NCBI RefSeq assembly: GCF_006345805.1
Contig: NC_043003.1
Location: 51,026,001-51,090,000 of the forward strand
Direction: 5' to 3'
DNA: 64,000 bases
DNA from: Octopus sinensis
Lineage: Eukaryota
Shown here: positions 13,182-26,875 of the stretch, piece by piece
Layout: every line of letters starts with the position of its first letter
Numbering within the stretch: position 1 is the stretch's first letter
Program-made: the position numbers and the translations under genes
The notes under the pieces: model-generated
What the model saw: the letters and a program-made list of their open reading frames with translations, nothing else
The model's database searches: none
Told to the model about the DNA's origin: nothing

Positions 13182-14769
13182 TATGTATACTTATACACAT
13201 ATGTGTATGTATGTATATATATATGCGCGTGTGTGTGTATACGATTAACTATCAATGTGTGTCAGTATCTATACCCATGCAAGCATATGTGCATCATCCG
13301 TGCATCATGCATACACACCACACACACACCCAAATACATGTATAAATGCATACACACGCACACACACACACATAAACTCATAAAATGCACATACATATAT
13401 ACATACATATGTGCATTCATGTATATTCCATAAAAATGTATAACGATACATATACATACATGCAAATATATACAATTATACATTCATTTTACACACATAT
13501 ATATACACACATACGTGCATTCATGTATGGTTATAAAAATGTATATAGACACATATACATACACACACACACATATACATACTTACATGCACACACAATT
13601 ATACATTCATTTTACGCACACATATATATGTATACCCGTACGTACATTCACATATAGTTATACACCTATATATGAGCATATATATATACATACACTCATA
13701 CACCCACATGCATCACATACTTCTATAAATTGAACACTATCGAAGCGAACATTCCACACTATCGTCTGTCGGGTGTTTGGTTGCTGTTTCCTGGCTCCAA
13801 CTTCTTTGCTAGCTAATTTCTGTAAAATCATTGTTGAACATGTAGAAGCTTCTCGAAGACAGCTAGTCATCACATGTCAGACACCAACTTATACGGTTAA
13901 AAAAAATAGTGAAAGCATTTTTTTGAAAAATATTTTCTATACCGTTTTGGCTTTGCTGTGTATCGTTTGGAATATTTATTTAGACATTTAGACATATATA
14001 GGTGAATACAGGCAAAGAGAAACGAGCAGGAAGAGGCAGAGAAAATGTATAGCGAAAAGAAAAAGATGTACTTTAAATAAGTAGAGAGGGAAATAGGAGA
14101 GAGAGAGAAAGAAAGACTTATGGAACATAAGCAGAGAGGAAGAGACACATTCAGAGGAAGAAGTAGTCATACGTGGGCTAAGAAAAAGAATGAGGGGAAA
14201 GGAGAAAAACTCATGTCAATAGATAAAAGGAGATATTAAGTAACAACCAGACGACATAAGAAAAATATACATATAAAGAATTAAATTGAGAGCCGATGGA
14301 GAGAGAGCTAGAGAGAGAGGTTTGGAGAGTGGAGTCTACTCAGTGATAACGTTAGTGACAAAGAAAAAACGGCAAACGAACCGGTGGGTAGAAATTGAGA
14401 CAAAAAAATGTCACAAATTTTGTAGGGTCAAAGAGCAGACAAAAACAAACAAAATGGTGGAATGTGACTGAAAGACAGGAAGATAAAATATACAAGATTA
14501 ATTAAGTTAGACATTGTCTAATTACTTCGTCAAGAACTTCCGAAATTACTATATTGCATATGAATCATTTAATCTAGTTAATGCATGTTTAGTCTAAAGA
14601 GCGTTCTGTTATTTACAACAGATATGTTGCTATCAAATTTACATCATTCTTACAGCACAGACAACACACTGCAACAAACTACAATATATTTCCACTCAAA
14701 ATAATGAATGATAGGCTATTTACGTATATCAAAATTATCGGTTATATATTTGAATCTACAATCAACCAG

Positions 14770-15065
14770 ATGCACTCCTCGTGTCCAGTTGCCGGCTTGT
14801 TAAGACCCTTCAGTTGCGTTTTATGAAGCATGCAAACAGCCAACTCTTGTTTCCAGTCATTCTTTTTATATCGTCAAACCACAAATGTCTTTGACTGCCC
14901 TCTTGCTCTTTCCCTCCACACTTCCTGTCAGGGTGGTCTTGGACAGGAATTCGTGGTGCATTATATGTCCAAAATATAACGGCTTCGTAAACTTGATTTT
15001 CAACAGTAGCTATCTTTGGACTTTCAGCTTTTCTAATACTATACCGTTTGTTTCCCTGTCTCTTT
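14770..15065 (-). mobile_element. RTE-clade LINE 3' end remnant
   Basis: Minus translation LYFGHIMHHEFLSKTTLTGSVEGKSKR resembles the RTE/BovB C-terminus (YFGHIMR...GKVEG.R.RGR). Confidence 0.75.
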
Positions 15066-15085
15066 AACTAACTTTATTATTATCA

Positions 15086-15127
<42 letters not shown>

Positions 15128-15210
15128 TCACTGGCTGGAATCGAACTCAAAGCTTCTATCTTCGCCATTGCTGCGTACATTGCCCAATTATGCCTTTTGA
15201 GATAAAAATC

Positions 15211-15253
<43 letters not shown>

Positions 15254-15679
15254 TGTGTGTGTGTGCGTGTGTGTATAATCCATTTGCAAACGTAATATCA
15301 TTGGTACTATTGTTCTACGCAACGGCTTATCAAGGTTTTTTCCTCCACAGACAGAAATTGCGCGCGCGAGCAGGGAGCCCTCGATGCGTCGAATTCAGTT
15401 GCGACAATCTGAAACTTAGCTTCAATTAATACTAAAGTATACACACACACACACATACACACACATGCATATACACATACACTCACACAAACATGCAAGC
15501 AAGTGTAGAAATGTAGTTGAGCTGATACGGAAGTCCGTTACTCTGGAGTTTACCAGACCTGTATATATATTTTCAGGCATAAAAAAATGTCTGGCTCAGT
15601 TTTTCCCGCCCTGTGAACCAACAACACGTCAGAAAATATCCGAATAATAGATTACTGAACTATGCAATCAATGTATACG

Positions 15680-15734
<55 letters not shown>

Positions 15735-15879
15735 GGTGAGTATGTGTGTACATACTGAGCACTCTTCCACACGCACATACAAACTCTCTTATACACACGC
15801 ACGCGCACCTTTTTTGGAATCACCACCACTTTATTATCTCCCCTTCTCCCTAGCTCTCCTGTGTGACCCTTCTGTCCGG

Positions 15880-16025
15880 CCTTCTGAGTTCAAATTGGCC
15901 CAAGGGATTTTGCCTTTTATTTTCCTTTTGCGATCGATAAAATAAGTATCAGTTAAGCACTGGAGTCGATGTAATCAACTTCCCCGCTCTCCATAATTTC
16001 TGGCCTTGTGCCAAAATTTGAAACC
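15880..16025 (+). mobile_element. SINE family C, 3' part
   Basis: TTCTGAGTTCAAATT...CGATAAAATAAGTA...GTCGATGTAATC...GGCCTTGTGCC. Confidence 0.7.
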
Positions 16026-16559
16026 AAATTTTGTCCCGTAAAAATGAGCCACTTGCAAAAGCTAACGGATTCAAGCTATTTTCGAACTCGAAACAAGTCG
16101 AATAGCTAGACATCCTCGACTTCGGCCAGCCATCATGTGATGTGTGTTAAGTGCCAAGTGAACTACTTTAACTTTGGCCTCCGGCCAAAACATTTCTGCA
16201 GAGACACATAATAAATTTGTACGCAATGAATTTAATGATTGCTGAATATTTATATACAAGGAGGACAGACGGTGACAGCTTATCGACTGGCTATCGATCA
16301 AGCTGGTTGATTGTTAAGGATGGACGTTAATTAATTCAACGACATTGAATGGAACCGGAAAAGAGTTTTGAATTTAGAAATAGTGACAAATAATACCGAC
16401 CGGTTAAATGAAACAAAATGTGTCACATCGTTGAAAGAGAAATTTTAATTCGGAATCCTCACAGATTTATGGAAAACATGATATATGTAGTATTAATTAT
16501 ATAGTACTGCACACATGCGCACGAACGCGAGCTAACATACACACACACACACGCACACA

Positions 16560-16588
16560 CACACGCGTATATATACATATATATATAC

Positions 16589-16621
<33 letters not shown>

Positions 16622-16639
16622 CATAATATATATACATAC

Positions 16640-16684
<45 letters not shown>

Positions 16685-16892
16685 CATACATATATATATA
16701 ACATAATATATATACATATATATTACATATATATTATACATATATATATATCATACATATATATTACATATATATATATACATATATATATACATATTAT
16801 ATATATACATATATATTACATATATATATATACATATATATATATACATTATATATATATACATATATTATATACATATATATATATATATA

Positions 16893-16924
<32 letters not shown>

Positions 16925-16929
16925 ATAGA

Positions 16930-16989
<60 letters not shown>

Positions 16990-17340
16990 TATAATATATA
17001 TACATACATATATACTACATATATATATATACACATATACATATATACATACATATATATATATATACATACATATATACATATATATATATATACATAA
17101 TATATATATATACATATATATATATATACATACATACATATATACATATATATATATATACATACATACATAATACATATATATATATATACATACATAC
17201 ATATATATACATATATATATATACATACATACATATATACATATATATACATACATACATATATACATATATATACATACATATATATATAGATATATAT
17301 ATATATATATATATCATATATATATAATATATACATACAT

Positions 17341-17372
<32 letters not shown>

Positions 17373-17389
17373 CATATATATATACATAT

Positions 17390-17438
<49 letters not shown>

Positions 17439-17525
17439 TATATAATATATACATACATATATATATATACATAATATATATATACATATACATATATATA
17501 TATACATATATATATATATACACAC
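16560..17525. repeat. ~1-kb compound (TA)n/(TACA)n low-complexity tract
   Basis: Directly visible. It produces the Y/I/M-rich spurious ORFs. Confidence 0.97.
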
Positions 17526-18142
17526 AAACTCTATTGTTTAACTTGGTGTGGTGTGTGTATGCATACGTCTAAATGTGGGGTTCGGCATACGAATGGGGAG
17601 CGTGCATACACATGTATGTGTGTGTTAGAGTTTGCAAAAAAAAAAAGAAAAGCTTTCAATAAAGAGGTAGGGTGTAATTATTTATAGCAGAGGAAAAATT
17701 ACTGCTACTATACAGAGTTACACGTTTATTAATTTAAAATAGATTTACTTATATGCGAACAATAGTAAACTCGAGACAAGGCAGTAGTGGCGTAAACGTT
17801 AACACAATATCATTTAATATACACAGGATTTAAATGTGAGCTGCTATAAGATTAATGCTCAGACAGTAGCGTGATTGGGCAAGCATGTATAGTGTGACCT
17901 GTGCTATCCTGAAATTGTTCAAGCTCAAAAATAAATATAGTGGCTCTCTGAAAAAAAAGAAAGCGAGAATGAACGAGGATAAAAAATGACCTTTTGACAA
18001 TTAGATTTCAAAATCTCAGTATTTATAAACCTCAGTGGAGCTGATTTCTTAGACGCTCCCCTGGATCAAATAAACTCCACCATAAAACCTACCAATAACG
18101 AAACAGTGCACTATGTGTGTGTGTGTGTGTGTGTGTGTGATA

Positions 18143-18176
<34 letters not shown>

Positions 18177-18214
18177 AGAGAGAGGGGAGACAATGACAGA
18201 CAGAGTGAAAACGT

Positions 18215-18425
18215 ATGGCCTAGTTGTTAGGGCGTAGCACTCAGAATCGTGAGATCGGGACTACGATTCCTGGGTCGGGCAGTACATTGTGTTCTTGAAC
18301 AAAATATCTCATATCACGTTGCTCTGCGATCACTTTTACATCTGCCATGCGGCATAACGTTCACCCGTATAAGCAATATCGATTTACTGGAGGCATTGAA
18401 CTAAATCGCAGCACAAACATTTCCT
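18215..18425 (+). mobile_element. tRNA-derived SINE (family B-related variant), degenerate
   Basis: TGGCCTAGTTGTTAGGG...CGATTCC...GTTCTTGAACAAAA, similar to 60755-60995. Confidence 0.65.
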
Positions 18426-18442
18426 CATTATAAATAAACCTC

Positions 18443-18490
<48 letters not shown>

Positions 18491-18563
18491 CGTGTGTGTG
18501 TGTGTGTGTGTATTTACATTATTTATATTTGACAGATATTTGTTCTCATCTTGTTTGTTGCTA

Positions 18564-18607
18564 ACACAACGTTTCGGCTGATATGCCCTCCAGCCTTCAT
18601 TAGGTGT
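18564..18607 (-). ncRNA. Minimal type I hammerhead motif with a core mutation, in a fold-back Penelope-like terminus
   Basis: ACAC-CUAAUGA-A-GGCUG...CAGCC-GAAAC-GUU-GUGU. Stems I and II are perfect, but core G5 is replaced by A. Confidence 0.65.
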
Positions 18608-18706
18608 CTTGGGGAAATTTCGAACCTGGGTTCGAAAATGAGGACAAATATCTGTCAATTGTAAATAATGTACATAATTCCTTATCTCTTAAATATAGAA
18701 CTGTAT

Positions 18707-18767
<61 letters not shown>

Positions 18768-21165
18768 CTAGCATTATGACCCGGCGTTGCCGGGTCATAG
18801 TGCTAGTTTGGAGTATATTTGTTAAATTAAAAATTCGGGGTAATAAAATATACAATGACATATTAAAAAGACGAATTAAAATTTCGGAGATGCACCAATT
18901 AATATGAAACATATCATATATTTAAAATTGACACTCTCCTCGTCAGGATGGTTTTTACACACAACACAAATACACGGAAACAAATGCACAATTACATACC
19001 TGCTACATGCGAAAGACCAGACGTTACGTACTCCCCAAAATTCTCATAGATACTGAATGCTACTTTATAAGTATATAATTCAATTTAGCAGCTATAGTAA
19101 ATAGTATGCGCACAACTCCATCTGGACTAATTCACTTCTGCACTGAATTAAATTTTTCATCTTTTAACTTCTCCCATTCATGCAAAGCCACATATTCGAG
19201 TTCAAGTCCTTGATACATTTTATACTAATTGCTATTTTTTCTTTTAATTGTTATATTACGATTTAATTACCATTTTAATAAAATAAAATATATTTAATTA
19301 CTACTTACTATATTTACTATATTTAATTCAATTGTTATTATTACCTCTAACATTTATTGCAATTTTTATTTCTAAATTTCTTATGGAACGTCGAGCGGAT
19401 CTTATGCGTACAATATATTTTTGTATGATGTTTATATATTTATACTAGCATTAAAGACCCGTCGTTGCCGGGTCATAGTGCTAGTGCATGTATATATGTG
19501 TATATATATGTGTACATATTACATGTACATCTATATATATATACATCTACACATAAAATACAAAATACAAAGTTATATCTTGATATCGCTAGTGATAACA
19601 ATACTCAAAATATATAACAGACTGGAAGTGTTAGCCCGTCTATTGTGATTTCGATCAATTGTATCTTGTCCTCCCTCTTGTTTAGAAGTGTGGCTACAAT
19701 CCAGCCTACCTCTACTTCTGGGGTGGGGGGGCATTTAAATTTTTTTTCCGGGACGTCCTACGTCCTAGATATAGAGGTAAAAATAAAATATTTCCACTTT
19801 GCAAGTTCGAGTCGAGTACTCCCTTGCACGCTCCGTTGACTCGAACCTTGCTTCTATTGTGGCGAATTTACCGCCTCTGATTAGATACCTTTCATAGTCG
19901 CACCAAGACACTTTTCGAAGGTGCTTTCGTCCATGTGTTCAAATCTTTTTTCTCTACATTGTATACTTTATAGACAATAGTCTTTTCTTTAATTTAATTT
20001 TTTATTATCCATCTGGACTATTCCATTTCTGCACGCTAATTTTATTTTTAATTTATTCCCATTCATGTGAAACTTATTCAAGTTCAAGTCATTGATGCAA
20101 TTTTATACCAGTTGCTACTTTTATTTTTGTTATGTTACGATTATATTATACTTTAGTTTGATTTTAATTATTACTTACTACATATAATTCAATTGTTATT
20201 ATTATTTTTATTGTTAAAATGAAAGTATCTGACATAAAATAGAGAAACGTTTTTGTTTCACTTTTAACATGTAATACTGAAATAGTGGAGAAGATATGAT
20301 ATTGCTATGGGCTCGCTCTAGGCAAGAAGTTGAACATTTTTTTTGCCCATGAAACTACATGGACCATAAGTAAGGCATGTGTAAAATTTGAATGGAATTA
20401 GTTGTGTAGTTCTCAAGCTTTAGGGAATCGTAGTGGAGAAGATATGATATTGCTGTGGGCTCGCCCTAGGCAAAGTTTTAAAATTCTTTTGCCGCTGGCA
20501 CTCTCTGAACCCTAAGTAAGGCATGTGTAAAATTTGAATGAAATTGGTTGTGTAGTTCTCAAGTTTTAGGGAAACACACAGACAGATAGATAGACAGACA
20601 GACAGACACACATTCTCAGTTTTATATATATATAAAGATATTACTATATACTTCTAAACGTCGGGCTTTATGTTTGTTCTGTAGATATAAATGAATATAT
20701 GAATATAGGTATGTGTTTGATCTTTCTGTGGATTTTGAAGTGCTCTTGTAGTTGCTGCTCGCATTGCCACCCCTCGGATTAAAATGTGTATACAGCTCAT
20801 TTGAGCACTACTATTCCAGTCTGTTATATATTTTGAGCGTTGTTGTCACTCACGATCTCAAGATATATCTTTATATTTTGTAATATATATATATATATAT
20901 ATACATCCATATACATACAATAGAGAGATGAGTTTGCTTCGCTTTTAACACGTAATACTGAAATAGGGGAGAATATATGATATTGATGTGGGCTCGCCCT
21001 AGGCAAAAAGTTTTAAATTTTTTGCCGATGGCACTCTCTGGACCCTAAGTAAGGCATGTGTAAAATTTGAATGAAATTGGTTGTGTAGTTCTCAAGTTTT
21101 AGGGAAACACACAGACAGATAGATAGACAGACAGACAGACACACATTCTCAGTTTTATATATAGA
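18768..21165 (-). mobile_element. Composite Helitron-like cluster
   Basis: Two 3' hairpin+CTAG termini (18768-18806, 19445-19484) match 7851-7889. Two GTCT-microsatellite 5' ends lie at ~20580-20635 and ~21110-21165. Internal blocks are duplicated. Confidence 0.7.
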
Positions 21166-21400
21166 GAGATATTTATACTTATATATATATGAATATATAT
21201 ATGATTATACTTATATATATACTTATATATATATATACATTTATATATATATACATTTATACATATATATATATATAATACAAAATGGGACAAGAACGCG
21301 AAACATCCGGACATGATACAAAAAGGGGACAACAAAACATCCAGATAGACGATACAAAGAAAACAAGGACATCGTCTATCTAGAGGTTTTGTTGTCCTAG

Positions 21401-21480
<80 letters not shown>

Positions 21481-21502
21481 CGTATACATAACATATATAT
21501 AT

Positions 21503-22440
21503 AGTCAATTCAAAAACGCACTGTGAGAAAGAAAAATAAAAAATAAACGATGTATAATAAGACGCTTAAAGAAAGAAAAGAGTAGTAGTTTTACGTTTCG
21601 AACATAGCTTTTCTGTGAAGACAAGTAAAACAGCGAAGTTCAAGATGTAGGAGGAAATAAATCGCCAACAATCACGTGCGGTTACATTTTTGAAGTGACT
21701 GAAGCTGAAAGAATGAAGAGATAGTGCTTTCTGGGATAGCAGAGTGTGAAAATAGTTAATGTGTGTGTGGTTGTGCGTGTATGTATCGTAGCGTGTGTCT
21801 GTGGCAGTAACTGCGTGTGTGTTTGTATGATAGCGTGTGTGTGTGGTAGCGTGTACGCGTGTGTGGTATGTGTGTGAATGTTTGTGTTTGTATGCGTAGT
21901 CTGCGTGTGTGTGTGTGTGCACGTGCGTGGTAGGATCTGTGTGCGTGTGTGTTAAAGTCGCTCTGAGAGGTCAGAATCTATAGTGACAAGCGTGTGAATG
22001 GGTGGGTGTGGCAGTGTGTGTGTGTGTATGTGAGCGTGTGTGAGTGTGTGTGTTCGCATGTGTACGTAGATGTAAAGGTCAATAGTGAGTCAGACATATT
22101 TAATTTTATACAACATCCTGTGATGCATCTGGACACATCGCCAGCGATGTTTCCTGTGATCATTAGGTGTTTTGGGTCTTCCAATAATCAGACACGCTCA
22201 CACAGTTGACCCAACTATGGTGTTACTATTTCCAGTCAAAGTATTGTGACCGGATGTACTTGTCGGTGGTCTGGTAATAATAAAATGTGGATAAGAAACA
22301 CTAAGCAGTGGTGTGTCCAATTATAAATTTCTTCCTAATGCAAATATGCTTGAGACATATTCGAACTCATAAGAAAACCAGTCACTACAATTCATCATGG
22401 AGAAAAAAATTTTGCTGTCGACAAAAAGGTGTAACCACAC
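21503..22440 (-). mobile_element. Penelope-like remnant: pseudo-LTR unit plus decayed upstream sequence
   Basis: 21503-21688 is homologous to 43261-43458 and 56869-57079 (ATGTAACC...GTTGGCGAT...CGAAACGTAAAAC). The upstream coding resemblance is weak. Confidence 0.5.
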
Positions 22441-22612
22441 CGAGTCAGTCCAGAGCGCCCCCTACCCAGATCAATTAATGCATTCATTTCGGAGTAGTTA
22501 TTACATATATATATGTGCGTGTGTGTGTGTGTGTGTGTGTAATGGCTGAAGATTAACATCACGCTTGAAACTCGGAGTACCAACCAACGAATTTGAATCA
22601 AACTGTTTTGAT

Positions 22613-22662
<50 letters not shown>

Positions 22663-22865
22663 CCGGTGGTTTGCCGTGATATATATCCGGTGGTCATTGG
22701 ACTGCGGCTATGCTGGGGTACTGCCTTGAAGGGATTTAGTCGAAAAAGTTGAAGTCAGTCTTTTTTTTAAAGCCTGGTAGAATATTTTTTTTTTTGCCGA
22801 ATCACGAATTTACGAAGACGAAAACAAATGAAGACCTTATTGTTAAGTAGGATAGGGAAAATACA

Positions 22866-22987
<122 letters not shown>

Positions 22988-23007
22988 TACATACATACAT
23001 ACATACA

Positions 23008-23038
<31 letters not shown>

Positions 23039-23273
23039 TCGCTCACAGGCCATTAGCTGGTCAGATGCTGTCAAAATGTCTTACCCAGTGAGATTTAAAT
23101 CGAACACACAGCCATGCCTATATTGAGTCTAAGCTAAACAAACGGATCACGTATTATTGAATAGCATGAAGCAGGTCAGGTCTGAATGTGTCGACGTTCG
23201 AGAGAGCATTACTGTCTTTGTAAGACAATTCTGTTACGCAAACTTAGGCTAAACCGATAAAAATTGTATCTAA

Positions 23274-23316
<43 letters not shown>

Positions 23317-23974
23317 ATATGGGATTAACAACTGCTTTATCGACACTTTACCTTCTGTTTCAGATACTCAACACTATTACAAACAGATGCAAAAGAAATC
23401 AGAAATATGCTTTTTCAATTTATCATTTTCGTGAAGAAGTGAGTACTACTCAAAACCAACTTACTTATGTTTAGGCCGCGAGATTTTAGTCGCTCATACT
23501 GTCTTCCTCTCATTCTATCTTTCTTTCCTCTTTTCTCTGATGCTATTGCTATTAAATTTCAGCCTCGAAAAGAAGCTATATTTTTTTTCCTCCGCCTAAA
23601 GGAGTTCTATTAAATCTGGATTACAAAGAGATTTAAATTTTCAACATATTTCATTTAGACATATCGTATATAATTATAATAATTTCCGCTTCAGTTATTC
23701 CCATTACATTCGACTGAAACGCCAAAAACAAAAAAAAAACAAAAAACTGGCAACGATCTGTTGCCACACACATCGCTAAATCTAAAAGTACAAACTTTTC
23801 TGAATGTCTTTTACAGTTTCCGAACTGAGAGGAAAGAAAACCAATTTGATTTCTTGCCAACTAATTATTTTTTCTCTTAATGAATTTCACCCATGTGATA
23901 TGTAACTTGCCTTAGCTCAAAGAGAAAGAATATGTACATTTCAGACATTATGATTTGAGGTTCGAACTCTACGA

Positions 23975-24134
23975 AGGTAGATGGCTGTGTTGTTAAGAAG
24001 GTCGCTTTGCGGCCACGTGGATTCGAGTTCAGTCCCACTTCGCGGCACCATGAGTGTCTTCTACAATAGTCTCACGCCGACCAATGCCCCACGTGTGAAT
24101 TTGATAAACGTAAAATGTGCGAAGCTTGTTGACT

Positions 24135-24190
<56 letters not shown>

Positions 24191-24400
24191 TGTGTGTGTA
24201 TGGGTGGGTGCGTACGTGGGTCCTCCAGTACCACTTACCAACGAGTATTTGTTTGTTTGCGTCCCCTTAACATAGCATTCGGCAAATCAGACTGCTAGAG
24301 AAAGTGCTTTAGAAAAAATAAGTAGTGAGGGTCGATTCGCTCGGCTAAATCGTTGAAGGCAGTGCCCCAGCACGGCCGCAGTCCAATGACTAAAACATGT
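23975..24400 (+). mobile_element. SINE family A with internal (GT)n
   Basis: TGGCTGTGTTGTTAAGAAG head, GTTCAGTCCCAC, and a CCCCAGCACGGCCGCAGTCCAATGACT tail. Confidence 0.8.
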
Positions 24401-24829
24401 GGAAATTATTGTGTCTGTTTATGTGAGTTTACTTGTAGCAGTTGTTGTTTAGCCTTAATCAATCACACTAATCTGTAGTCAAAAGTAACTCTACCATCAT
24501 TTTTTTGTTCTCTTTTCAAGTAAATTGTATCTAATTCTACGTTATCTAGTAAAACCTACCTTCTCTCTAACGGTGGAGTGTGTTATGATGATAGATTTGG
24601 TTATTATCTTTAGCAGGTCGAGTAACCATGTTTAAGCTTTCTCGTTGTATGTATAACAGTACACATGTATAAGTATACATTAGCATACACATCATTTATG
24701 CAGTTACGGTATACGCTTATAGACGTGATGCAAGCGATGTGGTTGAGAAGTTCGTACTCGTAACCACCTGATACCGGGTTTGGTTCCGCTGCAGAGTAGC
24801 TTCGGAATGCGTTTTCTATATGCCTTGTG

Positions 24830-26740
24830 AGTAACATTTAAATAGAGACGACTGAGCAGAAGCCAGCCGTTGTTGTTGTGTGTGTGTTATAAGGGTTTGG
24901 GACTTTGTAAGAACAAGGATTGCCTTAATTGCACTAAAGAAACATTTTATGTTATGCATATCAGTTAGCTGCTGGATTTCGAGTCCCTTGGCCAACCATC
25001 GTTTGTTCTTAATTGTAAGTGTTTCTCTCTGAACTGCATATTGCTTTCCTTTTATTTTGTGAGACATTAAATGCCGTTCCCTTTCTGTTGACCAGATACT
25101 TCATTTTCACTGCTCTTCTCAAACCAGTCTTAGTATTTGTTTGCTTGTTTTACTGCGGGGTTGCTGCGAAGCCCAAGGGCTCCTGACTGGCAGTTGAAAT
25201 ACTAGCTTCTATAGTACGTCATGTTTCCACCAATTGTCCCAGACTCATGAGAAGCAGTTTCTTTCTTTATCTTCACTTAAGAAAATTCAGCGTTGATTTT
25301 CTTCTGACAGTTTCTGCAGCTGGTATCGCTTTAGAGTGAGTTGAATTGCCATGTTAAATTGTATGTAGCAGTTGTCTGTCTACTAATCGTTAACACCTGT
25401 TATAACGCATGTTTGTAATCTTGACTCTGTCCGATGGCATAGGTACATATATGCGAGTGCTTGGATTCCGAATGCTACCAGCAACCATTTTAACTGCGTA
25501 CTTCTCATAATAGTGTGATGGTGATTACGGAAGTGAGCTACTCGTATTTAATTAGAAGCACAGCATCACTGGAATTAGCCTTTTCCATACTCCCTTTTCT
25601 AAATGCAGCATTGGTTGTCTACTGGAATTGATCACAATCACGCGGCTTCTGTCAGTCTTTCCCAGCATACGAATTTGAAATGAAGGCTGAACCTAAGCAG
25701 CGGTGCGTCACTACTCTTAAGCTCTTTTCTGCTTTGCTCTCAGCGCTGCTCACGCCCACTATAAACAAACTCCTGTCTAGTACCCAGAACACGTACCACA
25801 CAGATGACAAAACTGTTCAAAGTTAGCTGATTCCTTGTCAGAACAAAGGCTTCTACTGCATATGCGAAAGCATATGAGAGTATAGATCTAGTTCTCAACC
25901 ATAATGAAATAAAGGACTTGCATCAACAAGCACCCAACAAGTGGGAGCTGGTTCAGCAAGTCAGGTATAGGGACTGTTGCTGGAAAGCTTAATGCAATTC
26001 TAATATCTGAGAAGTTACCTGTCACAGAACCGAGATATGGATGAAGATATGCAACACTGGATAAAATGCGCCATTGAAACCTTTGGTCGCCGTAAGAGTA
26101 TATGAAGGTAATGATCAGAGAAAGATGACCAGATTTATGGTGTGCAAAGCATTTGTATCCATTCTTTTCTACACAGCTCTAAAACTTGGAAAAGATTATA
26201 AAACCATATCTCTAGAAGCTGGAATTATTCTACCAAAGATATCAGAAGGACAGCCGGAAGAGAGCAGAGGGAAGAATGTCAGCGTGCTCGAAAAGCCGAC
26301 ATTGAAACCATGATTAAGCGACATCAGTTTCCATGACTGGTCATGTGTAAATGACGAATGATCGGCTACCCAAAGAATTGTTTTTCCCCACAGCTGGCAT
26401 GCGCGAAGGATGAAGGAAACGATTCAAAGATATACTTAAATGCAATTTGAAAAAGTGTAGCATTGATGTGTACGCGCAAGATGTGTAAGTGTAAGGTGAA
26501 TAATTGACTCATTTATGATGGAGTACAGCACTTTGATACGACACGAACCGAAGATCTCAATAATGAACGTTATCATAGAAAGCAGCACGAAGTGACCAAA
26601 ACAGCGTCCCTCTTCCAGCAAGACAAATAACGCCAGATCTGCAACCTGACTTGTAGATCCTGGAATGACCTACATAATAGTCACAAGCGAGCAGGTGAAA
26701 GCTAAATCTGACAGACAATCATCTCTGACCGCGAAGGACT
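24830..26740. mobile_element. Decayed RTE-clade LINE with inverted 5' segment (24830-25800 minus, 25810-26740 plus)
   Basis: Minus part reads IKNKRWLAKGLEIQQLTDMHNIKCFFSAIKAI (RTE linker-like) with endonuclease remnants. Plus part reads FMVCKAFVSILFY, DRLPKELFF, KRFKDILK and a terminal C..C...H-like motif. Confidence 0.7.
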
Positions 26741-26817
26741 GTCGGTAATGAAGATATATATCGATATGCGTGCAGGTTTGTGTGCGTTGCTCTCTCTCTC
26801 TCTCCTTCTCTCTCTCA

Positions 26818-26875
<58 letters not shown>

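Noticed and set aside
16459-17527. Long Y/I/M/C-rich ORFs (up to 242 aa) and similar HT- or CV-repeat ORFs throughout the window
   Set aside because: They are translations of (TA)n, (CA)n and (TACA)n microsatellites.
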